Shown: positions 54,176 through 63,526, counted from the first letter of the stretch. The stretch is DNA of 64,000 nt from Bacillota bacterium (GCA_014896375.1 JADBKN010000020.1:16263-80262), one strand, 5' to 3'. The notes: generated from the letters alone by a model not told the origin. Numbers and translations: made by a program.

Positions 54176-56194
54176 TTACTCCACCGTCACGCTCTTCGCG
54201 AGGTTGCGCGGCTTGTCGACGTTGTGGCCGCGCTCCACCGCGGCGTAGTAAGCGAGGAGCTGCAGCGGAATCGCGGTCAGCACCGGTTGGAGGAACGGGT
54301 GCGTCGCCGGAACGGCGATCACGTCCTCCACCACTCCCGAAAGCGCCGGTGCCGTGGGCGCCCAGTCGGCCTCCGCCGCCGCGTTGACGGCCGCGCCGGA
54401 AGCGGCGGTTCCGGCCACAGCCGCTGCCGTCTTGCCAGAAGCAGCGGCCGCAGCCCCAACCCCGGCCCCGCCTCCCACCGGCACGCCGCCCACGCGCCCC
54501 TCGCCGGACGTGGCCACGCCGATCACCCAAGCGCCGCGCGCCTGGACCTCGCGGATGTTGCTGATCGTCTTGTCCAGGAGCGGCGGCTGCGTGGCGATCG
54601 CCACCACGGGCACGCCGTCGGTGACGAGCGCCAGCGTGCCGTGCTTCAGCTCGCCGGCCGCGTAGGCCTCCGCGTGGATGTAGGAGATCTCCTTGAGCTT
54701 GAGCTGCGCTTCCATCGCCGCGGCGTAGTCGAGGCCGCGTCCGATGAAGAACACGTCCTCATGCTGGGCCAGCCGCCGCGCGTGGGCGCGCACGGCCGGT
54801 TCCGCCGCCAGCGCCGCCTCGGCCAGCACCGGCAGGCGCTGCAGCTCGCGCCCCAAGGCGCGCGCCTGGGCGCCGTCCAGCGTGCCGCGCTCCCGCGCGA
54901 AGGCGAGCGCCAGGAGCGCCAGCGCGAGGATCTGCGTGGTGTAGGCTTTGGTCGAGGCCACGGCGATCTCCGGCCCGGCATGCGTGTAGAAGACGGCGTC
55001 GGCCTCGCGCGCGATGGTGGAGCCGACGACGTTCACGATGGCGAGCGTCCGCGAGCCCCGCTCCTTGGCGGCGCGCATGGCCGCGAGGGTGTCGGCCGTC
55101 TCGCCGGACTGCGAGATCACGATGGTCAGCGTGTCCGGACCCACCAGCGGGTCGCGGTAACGGAACTCGGAGGCGAGGTCCGCGTCCACGGGGATGCGCG
55201 CCCAGCGTTCAAAGAGCGTCTTGCCCACGAGCCCCGCGTGGTAGGCGGTGCCGCAGGCGGCGATGGCGATGCGCCGCACCACGGCGGCCGGGCCGCCCAT
55301 GAGCCCCGTCTCCGTGACGTCGACCGTACCGTCCTCCAGCAGGCGGCGGCGCAGCGTCTGGCGCCACACCTCCGGCTGCTCGTGAATCTCCTTCAGCATG
55401 AAGTGGGGGAAGCCGCCCTTCTCCGCCTGCTCCTCGTTCCAGTCCACTGTGAACGGCTCGTGGCGCACGGGCGTCCCGTCGAACGTGGTGATGACGACGC
55501 GGTCGGGACGCAGGTCAGCCATCTCGCCGTCGTTCAGCGCGATCATGCGCCGCGTGTAGGGCAAGAGGGCCGGGATGCCGGAGGCGGCGAAGGCCTCGCC
55601 CTCGCCGAGGCCGATGATGAGCGGGCTCGACTGGCGCACGACGACGATGCGGCCCGGCTCCCGCGCGCTGATGATGACGAAGGCGTACGCGCCCTTGAGG
55701 CGCCGCAGCGCGAGGCGCACGGCCGCCGCCAGGTCACCCTCGGCCGCGCCGCCCGGGCCGTAAAACTCCTCCACGAGGTGCGCCACCACCTCCGTGTCCG
55801 TCTCCGAACGGAAGACGTGGCCGCGCACCTCCAACTCCCGGCGCAATTCGGCGTCGTTCTCGATGATGCCGTTGTGCACGACGGCCAGCGTGCCGTCCTC
55901 GTTCGTGTGCGGGTGGGCGTTCTCGTCGCTCGGGCGGCCGTGGGTGGCCCAGCGCGTATGCCCGAGGCCGGTGCACACCGCGCCCGCGGCCGCCGGGGCG
56001 CCGTCGAGGCCGCTGCCCTCCAGGGCCGCCTCCAGGCGCTGCAGCGGGCCCTCCTTCTTCACCACGGCCACGCGGCCGTCGACCACCACGCCCACGCCCG
56101 CGGAATCGTAACCGCGGTATTCCAGGCGGCGCAGTCCCGGGATCAAGACGTCCAAGGGCGCACGCGGCCCCACGTATCCGACGATGCCGCACAT
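54176..56194 (-). CDS. glmS: glutamine--fructose-6-phosphate aminotransferase (isomerising), with a low-complexity insertion near the C-terminus
   Basis: MCGIVGYVG...RLEYRGYDSAG...HTRWATHG...C-terminal DKPRNLAKSVTVE. 672 aa, with an Ala/Gly-rich block at about 54323..54508. Confidence 0.95.
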   Translation of the reverse strand: MCGIVGYVGPRAPLDVLIPGLRRLEYRGYDSAGVGVVVDGRVAVVKKEGPLQRLEAALEGSGLDGAPAAAGAVCTGLGHTRWATHGRPSDENAHPHTNEDGTLAVVHNGIIENDAELRRELEVRGHVFRSETDTEVVAHLVEEFYGPGGAAEGDLAAAVRLALRRLKGAYAFVIISAREPGRIVVVRQSSPLIIGLGEGEAFAASGIPALLPYTRRMIALNDGEMADLRPDRVVITTFDGTPVRHEPFTVDWNEEQAEKGGFPHFMLKEIHEQPEVWRQTLRRRLLEDGTVDVTETGLMGGPAAVVRRIAIAACGTAYHAGLVGKTLFERWARIPVDADLASEFRYRDPLVGPDTLTIVISQSGETADTLAAMRAAKERGSRTLAIVNVVGSTIAREADAVFYTHAGPEIAVASTKAYTTQILALALLALAFARERGTLDGAQARALGRELQRLPVLAEAALAAEPAVRAHARRLAQHEDVFFIGRGLDYAAAMEAQLKLKEISYIHAEAYAAGELKHGTLALVTDGVPVVAIATQPPLLDKTISNIREVQARGAWVIGVATSGEGRVGGVPVGGGAGVGAAAAASGKTAAAVAGTAASGAAVNAAAEADWAPTAPALSGVVEDVIAVPATHPFLQPVLTAIPLQLLAYYAAVERGHNVDKPRNLAKSVTVE

Positions 56195-56239
56195 GCGGGA
56201 TCACCTCTCCAGGGTAGGTTGCCAAAACGGTGCTGCCGC

Positions 56240-56490
56240 CGCGTTCACCCTGGAAAGGCAAGGGGGGGACCTTGCGCCACCGCCGCCTCCTTTGTCCCGG
56301 CGATCGCTCACCGGCTTTCAGAGGCGGCTGCGGCCGTGGCCGGCCGGAGGGCACCCGCCGATCGTTCGATGAACCCTCTCCTCGTCAACTCGCGCGGCGC
56401 GCGGCGCGGCGCGCGGCGCCGCGGCGGCCGCTCACGGGGTCCGCCGCGGCCGCGAAAGCCTGCTGGCGCGGCGCGCGAGTCCAGGCGCTT
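56240..56490 (-). ncRNA. glmS ribozyme: glmS ribozyme/riboswitch in the glmS 5' UTR
   Basis: Minus strand has A/GCGCCUGGACU (cleavage-site consensus AGCGCCAGAACU) and the core GACGAGGAGAGGGUUCAUCGAACGAUCGGCGGGUGCCCUCCGGC, which closely matches the conserved GACGAGG..GGUUUAUCGAA..UCGGCGGAUGCC..CCGGC. Confidence 0.88.
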
Positions 56491-56541
56491 CCGATGGGTT
56501 CCCAGGGTGAGCGTCCGGCGATCCGAACGCGTGAAGACGCT

Positions 56542-57900
56542 TCAGCCGCGCGCGGCGGCCCGGGAGATCGCCTCTTCAAGGAAGGCCGCCGTCGTTTCCA
56601 CCTCCTTCGCATCCTCTCCTTCGACGAGGATGCGGATGACCGGTTCCGTGCCCGAGGGCCGCACGACGACGCGGCCGCGCCCGGAGAGGCGCGCCTCCGC
56701 GGCGGCGACGGCATCAGCATAGGACTCGGGCGCCGGTTTGGTGCCGGACGGCAGCGGCACGTTGCGCTGCGCCTGCGGCAGGCGCTCCACGACCGCCGCG
56801 AGCTGAGAGAGCGGCTGCCCGCGGCGCGCCGCGACGGCGAGCAGCTGCAGGGCCGTAAGCACGCCGTCGCCGGTGGTGGCGTGGTCGAGCAGGATCACGT
56901 GGCCCGACTGCTCCCCGCCCAAGCGGCTTCCGCTCGCCAGCATCCCTTCCAGAACGTAGCGGTCCCCCACCCGGGTGCGCAAGAGCCGGATGCCGGCGCG
57001 CGCGAGCGCCCGCTCGAGGCCCAGGTTGCTCATCACCGTGGCCACCACGGTGTCGCCGGGCAGCCGGCCGCGCGCTTTGAGGTCGAGCGCCAGCACGGCG
57101 AGGATGCCGTCGCCGTCGATGATGCGGCCCGCCTCGTCCACGGCGATGCAGCGGTCCGCGTCGCCATCGAACGCAAAGCCCGCGAAGGCGCCGCGCTCGA
57201 CCACGGCCCGCGCCAGTCCCTCAGGGTGTTGGGAGCCGCAGCCGTCGTTGATGTTCCAGCCGTCGGGGCGGTCGTTGAGCACCTCGACCGCCACGCCCAG
57301 GCGGCGGAAGGCGTCGGGCGCCGTGCGCACGGCCGCGCCGTGTCCGCAGTCGAGGACGACGCGGCGGCCGCCGAGCGGCACGTCGACCGACGCCGCCAGG
57401 TGCTCCACGTATCGCGCCACCGCCGCCTCGTCGCGGGCCACGCCGCCCACGGCGCGCGGCGAGGGGGGCGGATCCTGCACACGGTCGCGGCGCATGGCGG
57501 CCTCGATGCGGTCCTCCAGCTCGTCCGGCAGCTTGCGGCCGCGCGCGTCGATGAGCTTGATGCCGTTGTACTCCGCGGGGTTGTGCGAGGCGGAGATGAC
57601 GACGCCGGCGTCGGCCGCCAGCGCCGGCGTGAGATAGGCCACCGCCGGGGTGGAGAGGACGCCGAGCAGCGTCACGTCGGCGCCGGCGGAGAGCAGTCCC
57701 GCCACGAGGGCGTGCTCCAGCATCGGCCCGGACGCGCGGGTGTCCCGCCCGATCACGAAACGCGGGCGCATGCTGCGCCCGGCGCCCAGGACCTCCGCCG
57801 CCGCGCGCCCCAGGGCCAGCGCCAGCTCCGGCGTGAGCTCGGCGTTCGCGCGGCCGCGGACGCCGTCCGTTCCGAACAAGCGAGTCAAGGGGACGATCAC
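56542..57900 (-). CDS. glmM: phosphoglucosamine mutase
   Basis: LFGTDGVRGRAN...GVVISASHNPAEYNGIK (phosphoserine loop)...FDGDADR...GEQSGH. Start GTG 57900 overlaps the cdaR stop (GTGA). Confidence 0.93.
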   Translation of the reverse strand: MIVPLTRLFGTDGVRGRANAELTPELALALGRAAAEVLGAGRSMRPRFVIGRDTRASGPMLEHALVAGLLSAGADVTLLGVLSTPAVAYLTPALAADAGVVISASHNPAEYNGIKLIDARGRKLPDELEDRIEAAMRRDRVQDPPPSPRAVGGVARDEAAVARYVEHLAASVDVPLGGRRVVLDCGHGAAVRTAPDAFRRLGVAVEVLNDRPDGWNINDGCGSQHPEGLARAVVERGAFAGFAFDGDADRCIAVDEAGRIIDGDGILAVLALDLKARGRLPGDTVVATVMSNLGLERALARAGIRLLRTRVGDRYVLEGMLASGSRLGGEQSGHVILLDHATTGDGVLTALQLLAVAARRGQPLSQLAAVVERLPQAQRNVPLPSGTKPAPESYADAVAAAEARLSGRGRVVVRPSGTEPVIRILVEGEDAKEVETTAAFLEEAISRAAARG

Positions 57901-58841
57901 GGTCCTTTCGCGATGTTGACGGTGACCTGCACCTCTTGAGGATCCGGCGTCGTGCCGTCCGGCGCGCGCACGGCGACGGTCGCCGTGACGGGCGCGGAGG
58001 CGCCGGAGATGTCGAGCGGCGCCGTCATGGCGCGGTCGGCCGCCTCGACGCGCGCGCGGCTGCCGCTCAGCGACACCGTGGCCGGATTCACGACCACGCT
58101 CTCGATGCGGTAGCCCTCGGCCGGCGTGCCGGCCAGGACGGGCACGACGGGCACATCCTTCTTCGTCCACTCCACGACCGGCACCGTCACGCGCGCGGAG
58201 GCCGGCTGCAACGCCACATCCGGGACGGGGTCGCCCTCCGCGTCGACGGCGCGCAGCGGCACCGCCTGCACCACGTCCGCGGTGCGGCCGGAGACGTCCA
58301 CGGCCGCCACCACGACCGCCACCTGGTCCACGCGGTCGCGCGTGCCGCGCACCACGACCTGCGTGGGATCGGCGGCCGGCGCGAGCGCCTCGTAGCCGCT
58401 CGGCACACTGCCGCGCAGCTCCACCTTCACCGGGAACGCGCGCGCCTCCAGCGGCACGAGCGTGACGGTGACGCGCGAGGGCGCCACACTCACCAACTGC
58501 ACGCCCGGCGGCACGGCCACGTCCACGGTGAAGGCCAGCCGGCCGGCCACGGCGTTGCGCAGGTCGACGAACGCCGTGAAGCTCTGGCTGCCGAGGCTCT
58601 CCGCCACGTCGGCCGAGGCCCGGTACGTGACGGAGACGGTGTCCGGCTCCACCGCGGCCACCGAGAGGTCCGGCGGCAGGTTCCGCCAGGTCACGGCCAC
58701 GTTGTGGCGCGTGTCCTGGACGGGCGCGGTGGGCAGCGCCCGCTCCGGCCCGGCGACGTTGATCCAAAGGAGGATGGCGAGGAGCACGGAGAAGGCCTTG
58801 ATGGCCAGGTCGTCGCCCAGCCAGCGCCTAAGCCTCGTCAC
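57897..58841 (-). CDS. cdaR: YbbR-domain protein CdaR (regulator of diadenylate cyclase)
   Basis: N-terminal TM AIKAFSVLLAILLWINV followed by repeated YbbR-like beta modules. Its position between cdaA and glmM is conserved. Confidence 0.85.
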   Translation of the reverse strand: MTRLRRWLGDDLAIKAFSVLLAILLWINVAGPERALPTAPVQDTRHNVAVTWRNLPPDLSVAAVEPDTVSVTYRASADVAESLGSQSFTAFVDLRNAVAGRLAFTVDVAVPPGVQLVSVAPSRVTVTLVPLEARAFPVKVELRGSVPSGYEALAPAADPTQVVVRGTRDRVDQVAVVVAAVDVSGRTADVVQAVPLRAVDAEGDPVPDVALQPASARVTVPVVEWTKKDVPVVPVLAGTPAEGYRIESVVVNPATVSLSGSRARVEAADRAMTAPLDISGASAPVTATVAVRAPDGTTPDPQEVQVTVNIAKGP

Positions 58842-59658
58842 GCGAGGCCCCTCCCCTCGGGCGGAAGAGCAGGCCGTGCGACGGCTCGCGCGGCAGAAGC
58901 TCCTCCAGGAGCTCGCGCAGGTCGCGCTCGTCGAGCCCCCGGATGAGCTTCCCCGAATGCGCGAGGGCGATGTGGCCCGTCTCCTCCGACACGACGACCG
59001 CGACGGCGTCCGAGTGCTCGGTGATGCCGAGCGCCGCGCGGTGCCGGCTGCCGAGCTCGTTCGGCACGACGTGCTCCTCCGCGAGCGGGAGGAAGGTGCC
59101 CGCGGCCATCACGCGGTTGCCGCGGATGATCACGGCGCCGTCGTGCAGAGGCGTGTTCGGGATGAAGATGTTGACGAGGAACTCCGCCGTCACGAGCCCC
59201 TCGATGCGGATGCCGGTGTCGATGACGTCGTTGAGGCCGGTCTCCCGCTCAAGGACGATGAGGGCGCCTACCTTGTTGCGCGCGAGCGCCGTCACGGCCT
59301 GCACCACCTCGTCGATGAGGTGGTCGACGTCCTCCGAGGCCAGCGCCGTCGTCGGGCGGAAGAAGCTGCCGCGCCCCACCTGCTCGAGGGCGCGGCGGAG
59401 CTCCGGCTGGAAGACGATCGGCACGGCCACGAAGAGACCGACCCACACCTTGTCGAGCAGCCAGTGCGTGGCCCGGAGGCCGAGAAAGCCGCTCACCCAG
59501 TAGATGACGATGATGACGAAAAGGCCCCGCATGAGCTGCGTGGCGCGCGTGCCGCGCACGAGGAGGAAGACGCGGTAGAAGAGGTACGAGATGATGCCGA
59601 TGTCCAGCACGGCCAGCAGCACCTGCGTCAGCGTCAGACCGGCCAGAAAGCCCAGCAT
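58828..59658 (-). CDS. cdaA: membrane-bound diadenylate cyclase CdaA
   Basis: Three N-terminal TM segments, then the DAC domain: GALIVLERETGL...PLHDGAVIIRGNRVMAAG..LPL...LGSRHRAALG. Start ATG 59658 follows GGGAGGTG. Confidence 0.92.
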   Translation of the reverse strand: MLGFLAGLTLTQVLLAVLDIGIISYLFYRVFLLVRGTRATQLMRGLFVIIVIYWVSGFLGLRATHWLLDKVWVGLFVAVPIVFQPELRRALEQVGRGSFFRPTTALASEDVDHLIDEVVQAVTALARNKVGALIVLERETGLNDVIDTGIRIEGLVTAEFLVNIFIPNTPLHDGAVIIRGNRVMAAGTFLPLAEEHVVPNELGSRHRAALGITEHSDAVAVVVSEETGHIALAHSGKLIRGLDERDLRELLEELLPREPSHGLLFRPRGGASRDEA

Positions 59659-59680
59659 CCCGCACCTCCCGTCCGCCGCC

Positions 59681-60343
59681 TCAACCGGACACGCGCTCAC
59701 CCGCGACGTAGTATGAGAGACTTTCCAGCTCGAGGCTCAGGTCGATGGGCTGCACCTGCACGCCCGGCGGCAGGCGCAGCTGAGCCGGCGCGAAGTTGAG
59801 AATCGCCTCGACGCCCGCGCGCACGAGCCGCTCGGCCACCGTTTGCGCCACCGAGGCCGGCACGGTGAGGATCGCGAGGCGCACGCCCTTCTCCCGGACG
59901 ATGTCCTCCATCGCGTCCATGGGCGAGATCGGCACCGTCTCGATGAGCGAGCCCACCTTGTCCGGGTCGGCGTCGAAGATGGCGACGATGCGCACGGCCT
60001 GGGGGCGCGTGAGGTTGTAGCGCGCCAGCGCCGTCCCCAGGTGGCCGGCGCCCACGAGCGCCGCCGGCACCTCCCGGTGCAGGCCGAGGATGCGGCGGAT
60101 GCGGTCCGAGAGCATGGCCACGCTGTAGCCCACGCCGCGCGTGCCGAAGGCGCCGAAATAGGCGAGGTCCTTGCGGATCTGCTCCGACGTGAACCCGCTC
60201 TGCCGCGCGAGCTCCGCCGAGGACACGATGTCCACGCCCTGTTCCCTCATGCGGTCCAGGACCCGCAGGTAGATCGGCAGGCGCTTGATGGTGACGTCCG
60301 GAATGCGCGGGCGCCGGACGGTCGGTCCATCCTGGATGCTCAT
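59681..60343 (-). CDS. rex: redox-sensing transcriptional repressor Rex
   Basis: TIKRLPIYLRVL...SSAELA...IRKDLAYFGAFGTRGVGY...ALVGAGHLGTAL...ILNFAP. Confidence 0.92.
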   Translation of the reverse strand: MSIQDGPTVRRPRIPDVTIKRLPIYLRVLDRMREQGVDIVSSAELARQSGFTSEQIRKDLAYFGAFGTRGVGYSVAMLSDRIRRILGLHREVPAALVGAGHLGTALARYNLTRPQAVRIVAIFDADPDKVGSLIETVPISPMDAMEDIVREKGVRLAILTVPASVAQTVAERLVRAGVEAILNFAPAQLRLPPGVQVQPIDLSLELESLSYYVAGERVSG

Positions 60344-60365
60344 CGCAACCTCCTTGCCGGAAGTG

Positions 60366-61091
60366 TCAGAAGACGCGGTCGATCAGCGCCTGCGCGAGGC
60401 CGTCGAGGGCTTCCCGCGCAGGGCTGGGCGGGAGCGCCGCGAGCGCGCGGCGGCCCTCCTCCGTGAGGCGGCGGGCCACCCCATAAGCGTACTGCAGCGC
60501 CCCGCATTCCTCGAGGCACGCCTGGACGACGTCGAGTTCGGCGTCGCCCCACGGCGGGTTGGCCAGCGCCTCCCGCAGGCGGGGGCCGGTCTCGCGCCGC
60601 GAAAGCGCGTAGAGCACCGGCAGCGTGAGGACCCCGGCGCGCAGGTCGCTGGCCGCCGGCTTGCCGAGCGTGCGCGTGCTCGAGGTGAAGTCGAGCAGGT
60701 CGTCGACGATCTGGTAGCCCATGCCCACCCCGTACCCGAAGCGGGCGAGCGCCTCCTCCGCCTCCGGGCCGGCGCCGGTGAGCACTCCGCCCAGGCGGCA
60801 GCACTCCGCGATGAAGCAGCCCGTCTTTTGGTAGATGCGGACGAAGTAGTCGTCGATCGTCTGGTCGAGGTCGAAGGCGCGGCGCTGCTGCTCGATCTCG
60901 CCGGCCGACATCTCGTGGACGACCTTCGCCATGAGCTGCACGACGCGGTTGTCGCCCACCTGCGCGAGCACCGCGAACGCGCGCGCGAAGAGGTAGTCGC
61001 CCGCCAGGACGCCCACGCGCGTGCCCCACTTGCGGTGCACGGTGGGCACGCCGCGGCGCACCTCGGCCTCGTCGACGACGTCATCGTGCAC
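60366..61091 (-). pseudogene. trans-polyprenyl diphosphate synthase (HepT/IspB-like), N-terminally truncated
   Basis: The ORF begins exactly at the first Asp-rich motif ((L)VHDDVVDE). The second motif YQIVDDLLDF is present. The ~80 N-terminal residues typical of this family are absent, and the upstream in-frame sequence is unrelated and closed by a stop. Confidence 0.65.
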
Positions 61092-61157
61092 CAGGCGCGC
61101 GAAGTCTCCAGGAGAGGTTCCGGGCGTTTCCGAAGGTGCCAGAGCGATGAGGTCGAG

Positions 61158-62171
61158 ATGAGCGTCCCATTTGTGAAATACGAGGCGTTGACGATCGGTG
61201 CCAGCTCAAGGCATACCAACTTGATCAAAAGAAGATCCCTTCCCCGTTCGAGCTTTTGCTCGAAGGCGGCGGGAGGATTTGATTTCGACCGCATCCTGCC
61301 GCGCCGGCCGTCGCAGAACGTGGTCGCCGTCTGGCCCGGGCAGCCCGAGCTGGCGCGCGCGCCCCTGGTCCTGATGGCGCATTACGACACTCAGAAGACT
61401 TCCTGGCTCTTCCACCCAGGGGTGGCTACCCGCCTGCCGCTCGTCTTCGGCGTGGCCTACGCGGCCCTCGCCGCCTCCGTGGCGGCCCTCTTGGGGAGGG
61501 CACTCGCCCTGGACGCGGCCTGGCCCGGACCGGTCGGGGCGGCGTCCGCCGCCGTGCTCCTCGTATTCGCGGCGCTGCTTCTCTGGGGCGGTGTGCGCGG
61601 AGCGTACGTGCCGGGCGCGAACGACAACGGCAGCGGCGTGGCGCTGGCGCTCGCCCTCGCGGAGCGCTGGCGGGCCGAGCCGCCCAGCCCCCGGCCGCTC
61701 TGGGTGGTCCTGACGGGCGCGGAAGAGGTGGGGGAACGAGGGGCCAAGGCCTTCTTGCGCCGGCACGCCGCGCGCCTCGACCGGCGCGCGGCGCTGGTGG
61801 TCAACCTCGACAACTTGGGCGGCGGACAGTTGCGCTATCTCACCGGGGAGGGCCTTCTGCGCTACTGCGCCTACGACGCCCACCTCGTCTCGGCGGCGCG
61901 CGTCCTGGCCATGCACCGCGCACCGGAGCGCGTGGGCCCCTGGCGGAACCTCGTCCTTCCCACGGATGCGCTGCCGCTGGCGGCCGCCGGGTTCCGCGTG
62001 ATCACGTTCGTCGCCATCGGGCGCGGCGGCGCCATCCCGGACTACCACCGGCCCACGGACACGCTGGAGCGGGTCGACCGCCACCTCCTCGCCTTCGAAG
62101 AGGAGTTCCTCTGGGACTACCTGCGCGTTGTCGTCCGCCCGCCGAAGAGCGAGGCCTTTGCCGCTCGCTGA
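61158..62171 (+). CDS. M28-family metallopeptidase with internal hydrophobic segments
   Basis: NVVAVWPG...LVLMAHYDT...GANDNGSGVALALALAE...VVLTGAEEVGERGAKAF...DYHRPTDT. The 5' ~140 nt have low GC and weak family resemblance. Confidence 0.7.
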   Translation: MSVPFVKYEALTIGASSRHTNLIKRRSLPRSSFCSKAAGGFDFDRILPRRPSQNVVAVWPGQPELARAPLVLMAHYDTQKTSWLFHPGVATRLPLVFGVAYAALAASVAALLGRALALDAAWPGPVGAASAAVLLVFAALLLWGGVRGAYVPGANDNGSGVALALALAERWRAEPPSPRPLWVVLTGAEEVGERGAKAFLRRHAARLDRRAALVVNLDNLGGGQLRYLTGEGLLRYCAYDAHLVSAARVLAMHRAPERVGPWRNLVLPTDALPLAAAGFRVITFVAIGRGGAIPDYHRPTDTLERVDRHLLAFEEEFLWDYLRVVVRPPKSEAFAAR

Positions 62172-62188
62172 CGGCATATAATGAAGCC

Positions 62189-63526
62189 ATGTCGTCCCTG
62201 CTCTACGGACTCGACGACCGGCCGGGCCCCGGCCGCACGCTGCTCTACGTCCTCCAGTGGTTCGGCTACATGCTCGCTAACGTGGCCGTCGTGCCGCTCG
62301 TCGTGGGTCCGGCCTTCGGACTCGGTCCCGCGGAGGTGGCGGCGCTCAGCGGGCGCACGTTCCTCATCACGGGCGCCGTCTCGGCGCTCCAGGTGCTCTT
62401 CGGCCACCACCTGCCGCTCGTGGAAGCACCGGCCGGCATCTGGTGGGCCGTCCTCATCCAGCTGGCGACGGTCGCCGGGGCGGGCGGCTTCGCTCACCTG
62501 GGTCCGGCGTTGGAGACGGCGATGATCGTCACCGGCGCCGTCACGGCCCTCCTCGGCTTCACGGGCGGCATCGGCCGCCTCATCCGCGGCTTCACGCCGG
62601 CCGTCACGGGGACGGTGCTCGTGCTCCTCGCCCTGCAGCTCTCCGGCACCTTCCTTAAGGGCGTGCTCGGCATCACGGCCGGCCACCCGCAGCCCGACGG
62701 CGCCCTCGCCGCCATCTCGACGGCCGTCCTGGGCGTCGTCGTGGCCGTGACCCTCTACGGGCCGGGGCTCACGCGCAGCTTCGGCGTGCTGGCGGGGCTC
62801 GTCGTGGGAGCCGTCCTCAGCGCGGCGCTCGGGCGGCTGCGCCCGGTGGCGTTCGGTGCCTGGGTGGGGTGGCCCCAGCCGTTCGCATGGGGACGTCCGG
62901 CCTTCGATGCCGGCGTGACGCTCGTCGCAGTCGTGACGGGGCTCGTCGTCCTCACGAACCTCGTCGCCAGCCTCTATGCGCTGGGCCAGGTGGTGGGCCG
63001 GCAGCCGCCCGAGCGCGCCTACAACCGCGCCGCCGTGCTCACAGGGTTGGCCGACGCCTTGGCGGGCGTCTTCCCGGCCGTGGGCTACGTGCCCTACACG
63101 TCCAGCGCGGGGGTCGTCGCCATGTCCGGGGTGGCCGCGCGCCGGCCGTTCCTCTGGGCCTCGCTGCTCTTCGCGGCTCTCGGCTTCCTGCCCGCCGTGG
63201 GCGCGCTCTTCGCCTCGCTCCCGCCCGCCGTGGGCTACGCCGTCACGATGGCCTCGTTCTCCCAGATCCTCGCCTTCGGCTTGCGGGACTACGCGCGCCT
63301 GCGCTTCACGCCGCGGGACGTGTTCGTCGTCGGGCTGGCCGTGCTCACCGGCAGCGGGGTGATGTTCCTCGACCCGGCCACGTTCGCGGGCGCGCCGCCC
63401 ATCCTGCGCAACCTCCTCAGCAACGGCCTCATCGTCGGTCTCGCGCTGGCGGCGCTCTTCGACCACGTCATTCTCCGCGAGCGTCCTCCGGCTCCGGAGC
63501 GCGCGCTGCCTCGCTCCGGAAGGTGA
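62189..63526 (+). CDS. nucleobase:cation symporter-2 (xanthine/uracil permease) family transporter
   Basis: About 12 hydrophobic segments. The N-terminus LLYVLQWFGYMLANVAVVPLVVG and internal TSSAGVVAMSGVA resemble purine/xanthine permeases. No SD is present, and TATAAT lies 6 nt upstream of the ATG. Confidence 0.65.
   Translation: MSSLLYGLDDRPGPGRTLLYVLQWFGYMLANVAVVPLVVGPAFGLGPAEVAALSGRTFLITGAVSALQVLFGHHLPLVEAPAGIWWAVLIQLATVAGAGGFAHLGPALETAMIVTGAVTALLGFTGGIGRLIRGFTPAVTGTVLVLLALQLSGTFLKGVLGITAGHPQPDGALAAISTAVLGVVVAVTLYGPGLTRSFGVLAGLVVGAVLSAALGRLRPVAFGAWVGWPQPFAWGRPAFDAGVTLVAVVTGLVVLTNLVASLYALGQVVGRQPPERAYNRAAVLTGLADALAGVFPAVGYVPYTSSAGVVAMSGVAARRPFLWASLLFAALGFLPAVGALFASLPPAVGYAVTMASFSQILAFGLRDYARLRFTPRDVFVVGLAVLTGSGVMFLDPATFAGAPPILRNLLSNGLIVGLALAALFDHVILRERPPAPERALPRSGR

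Noticed and set aside
54104-56722. 872-aa plus-strand ORF, and the 569-aa ORF at 56230..57939
   Set aside because: They are antisense to glmS, the glmS ribozyme and glmM, and have no motifs.
61166-61185. Rex operator near the rex locus (TTTGTGAAATACGAGG)
   Set aside because: Only one half-site (TTGTGAA) is present, and the expected TTCACAA partner at the correct spacing is missing.
60285-62171. 628-aa plus-strand ORF as a single protein
   Set aside because: Its first ~290 codons are antisense to rex and the polyprenyl synthase and are shadow-like. Only the part from ATG 61158 shows M28 peptidase motifs.
62117-63466. 449-aa minus-strand ORF
   Set aside because: It is antisense to the NCS2-family permease, and its highly charged Arg/Glu/Asp/Gly composition is typical of the complement of a hydrophobic gene.
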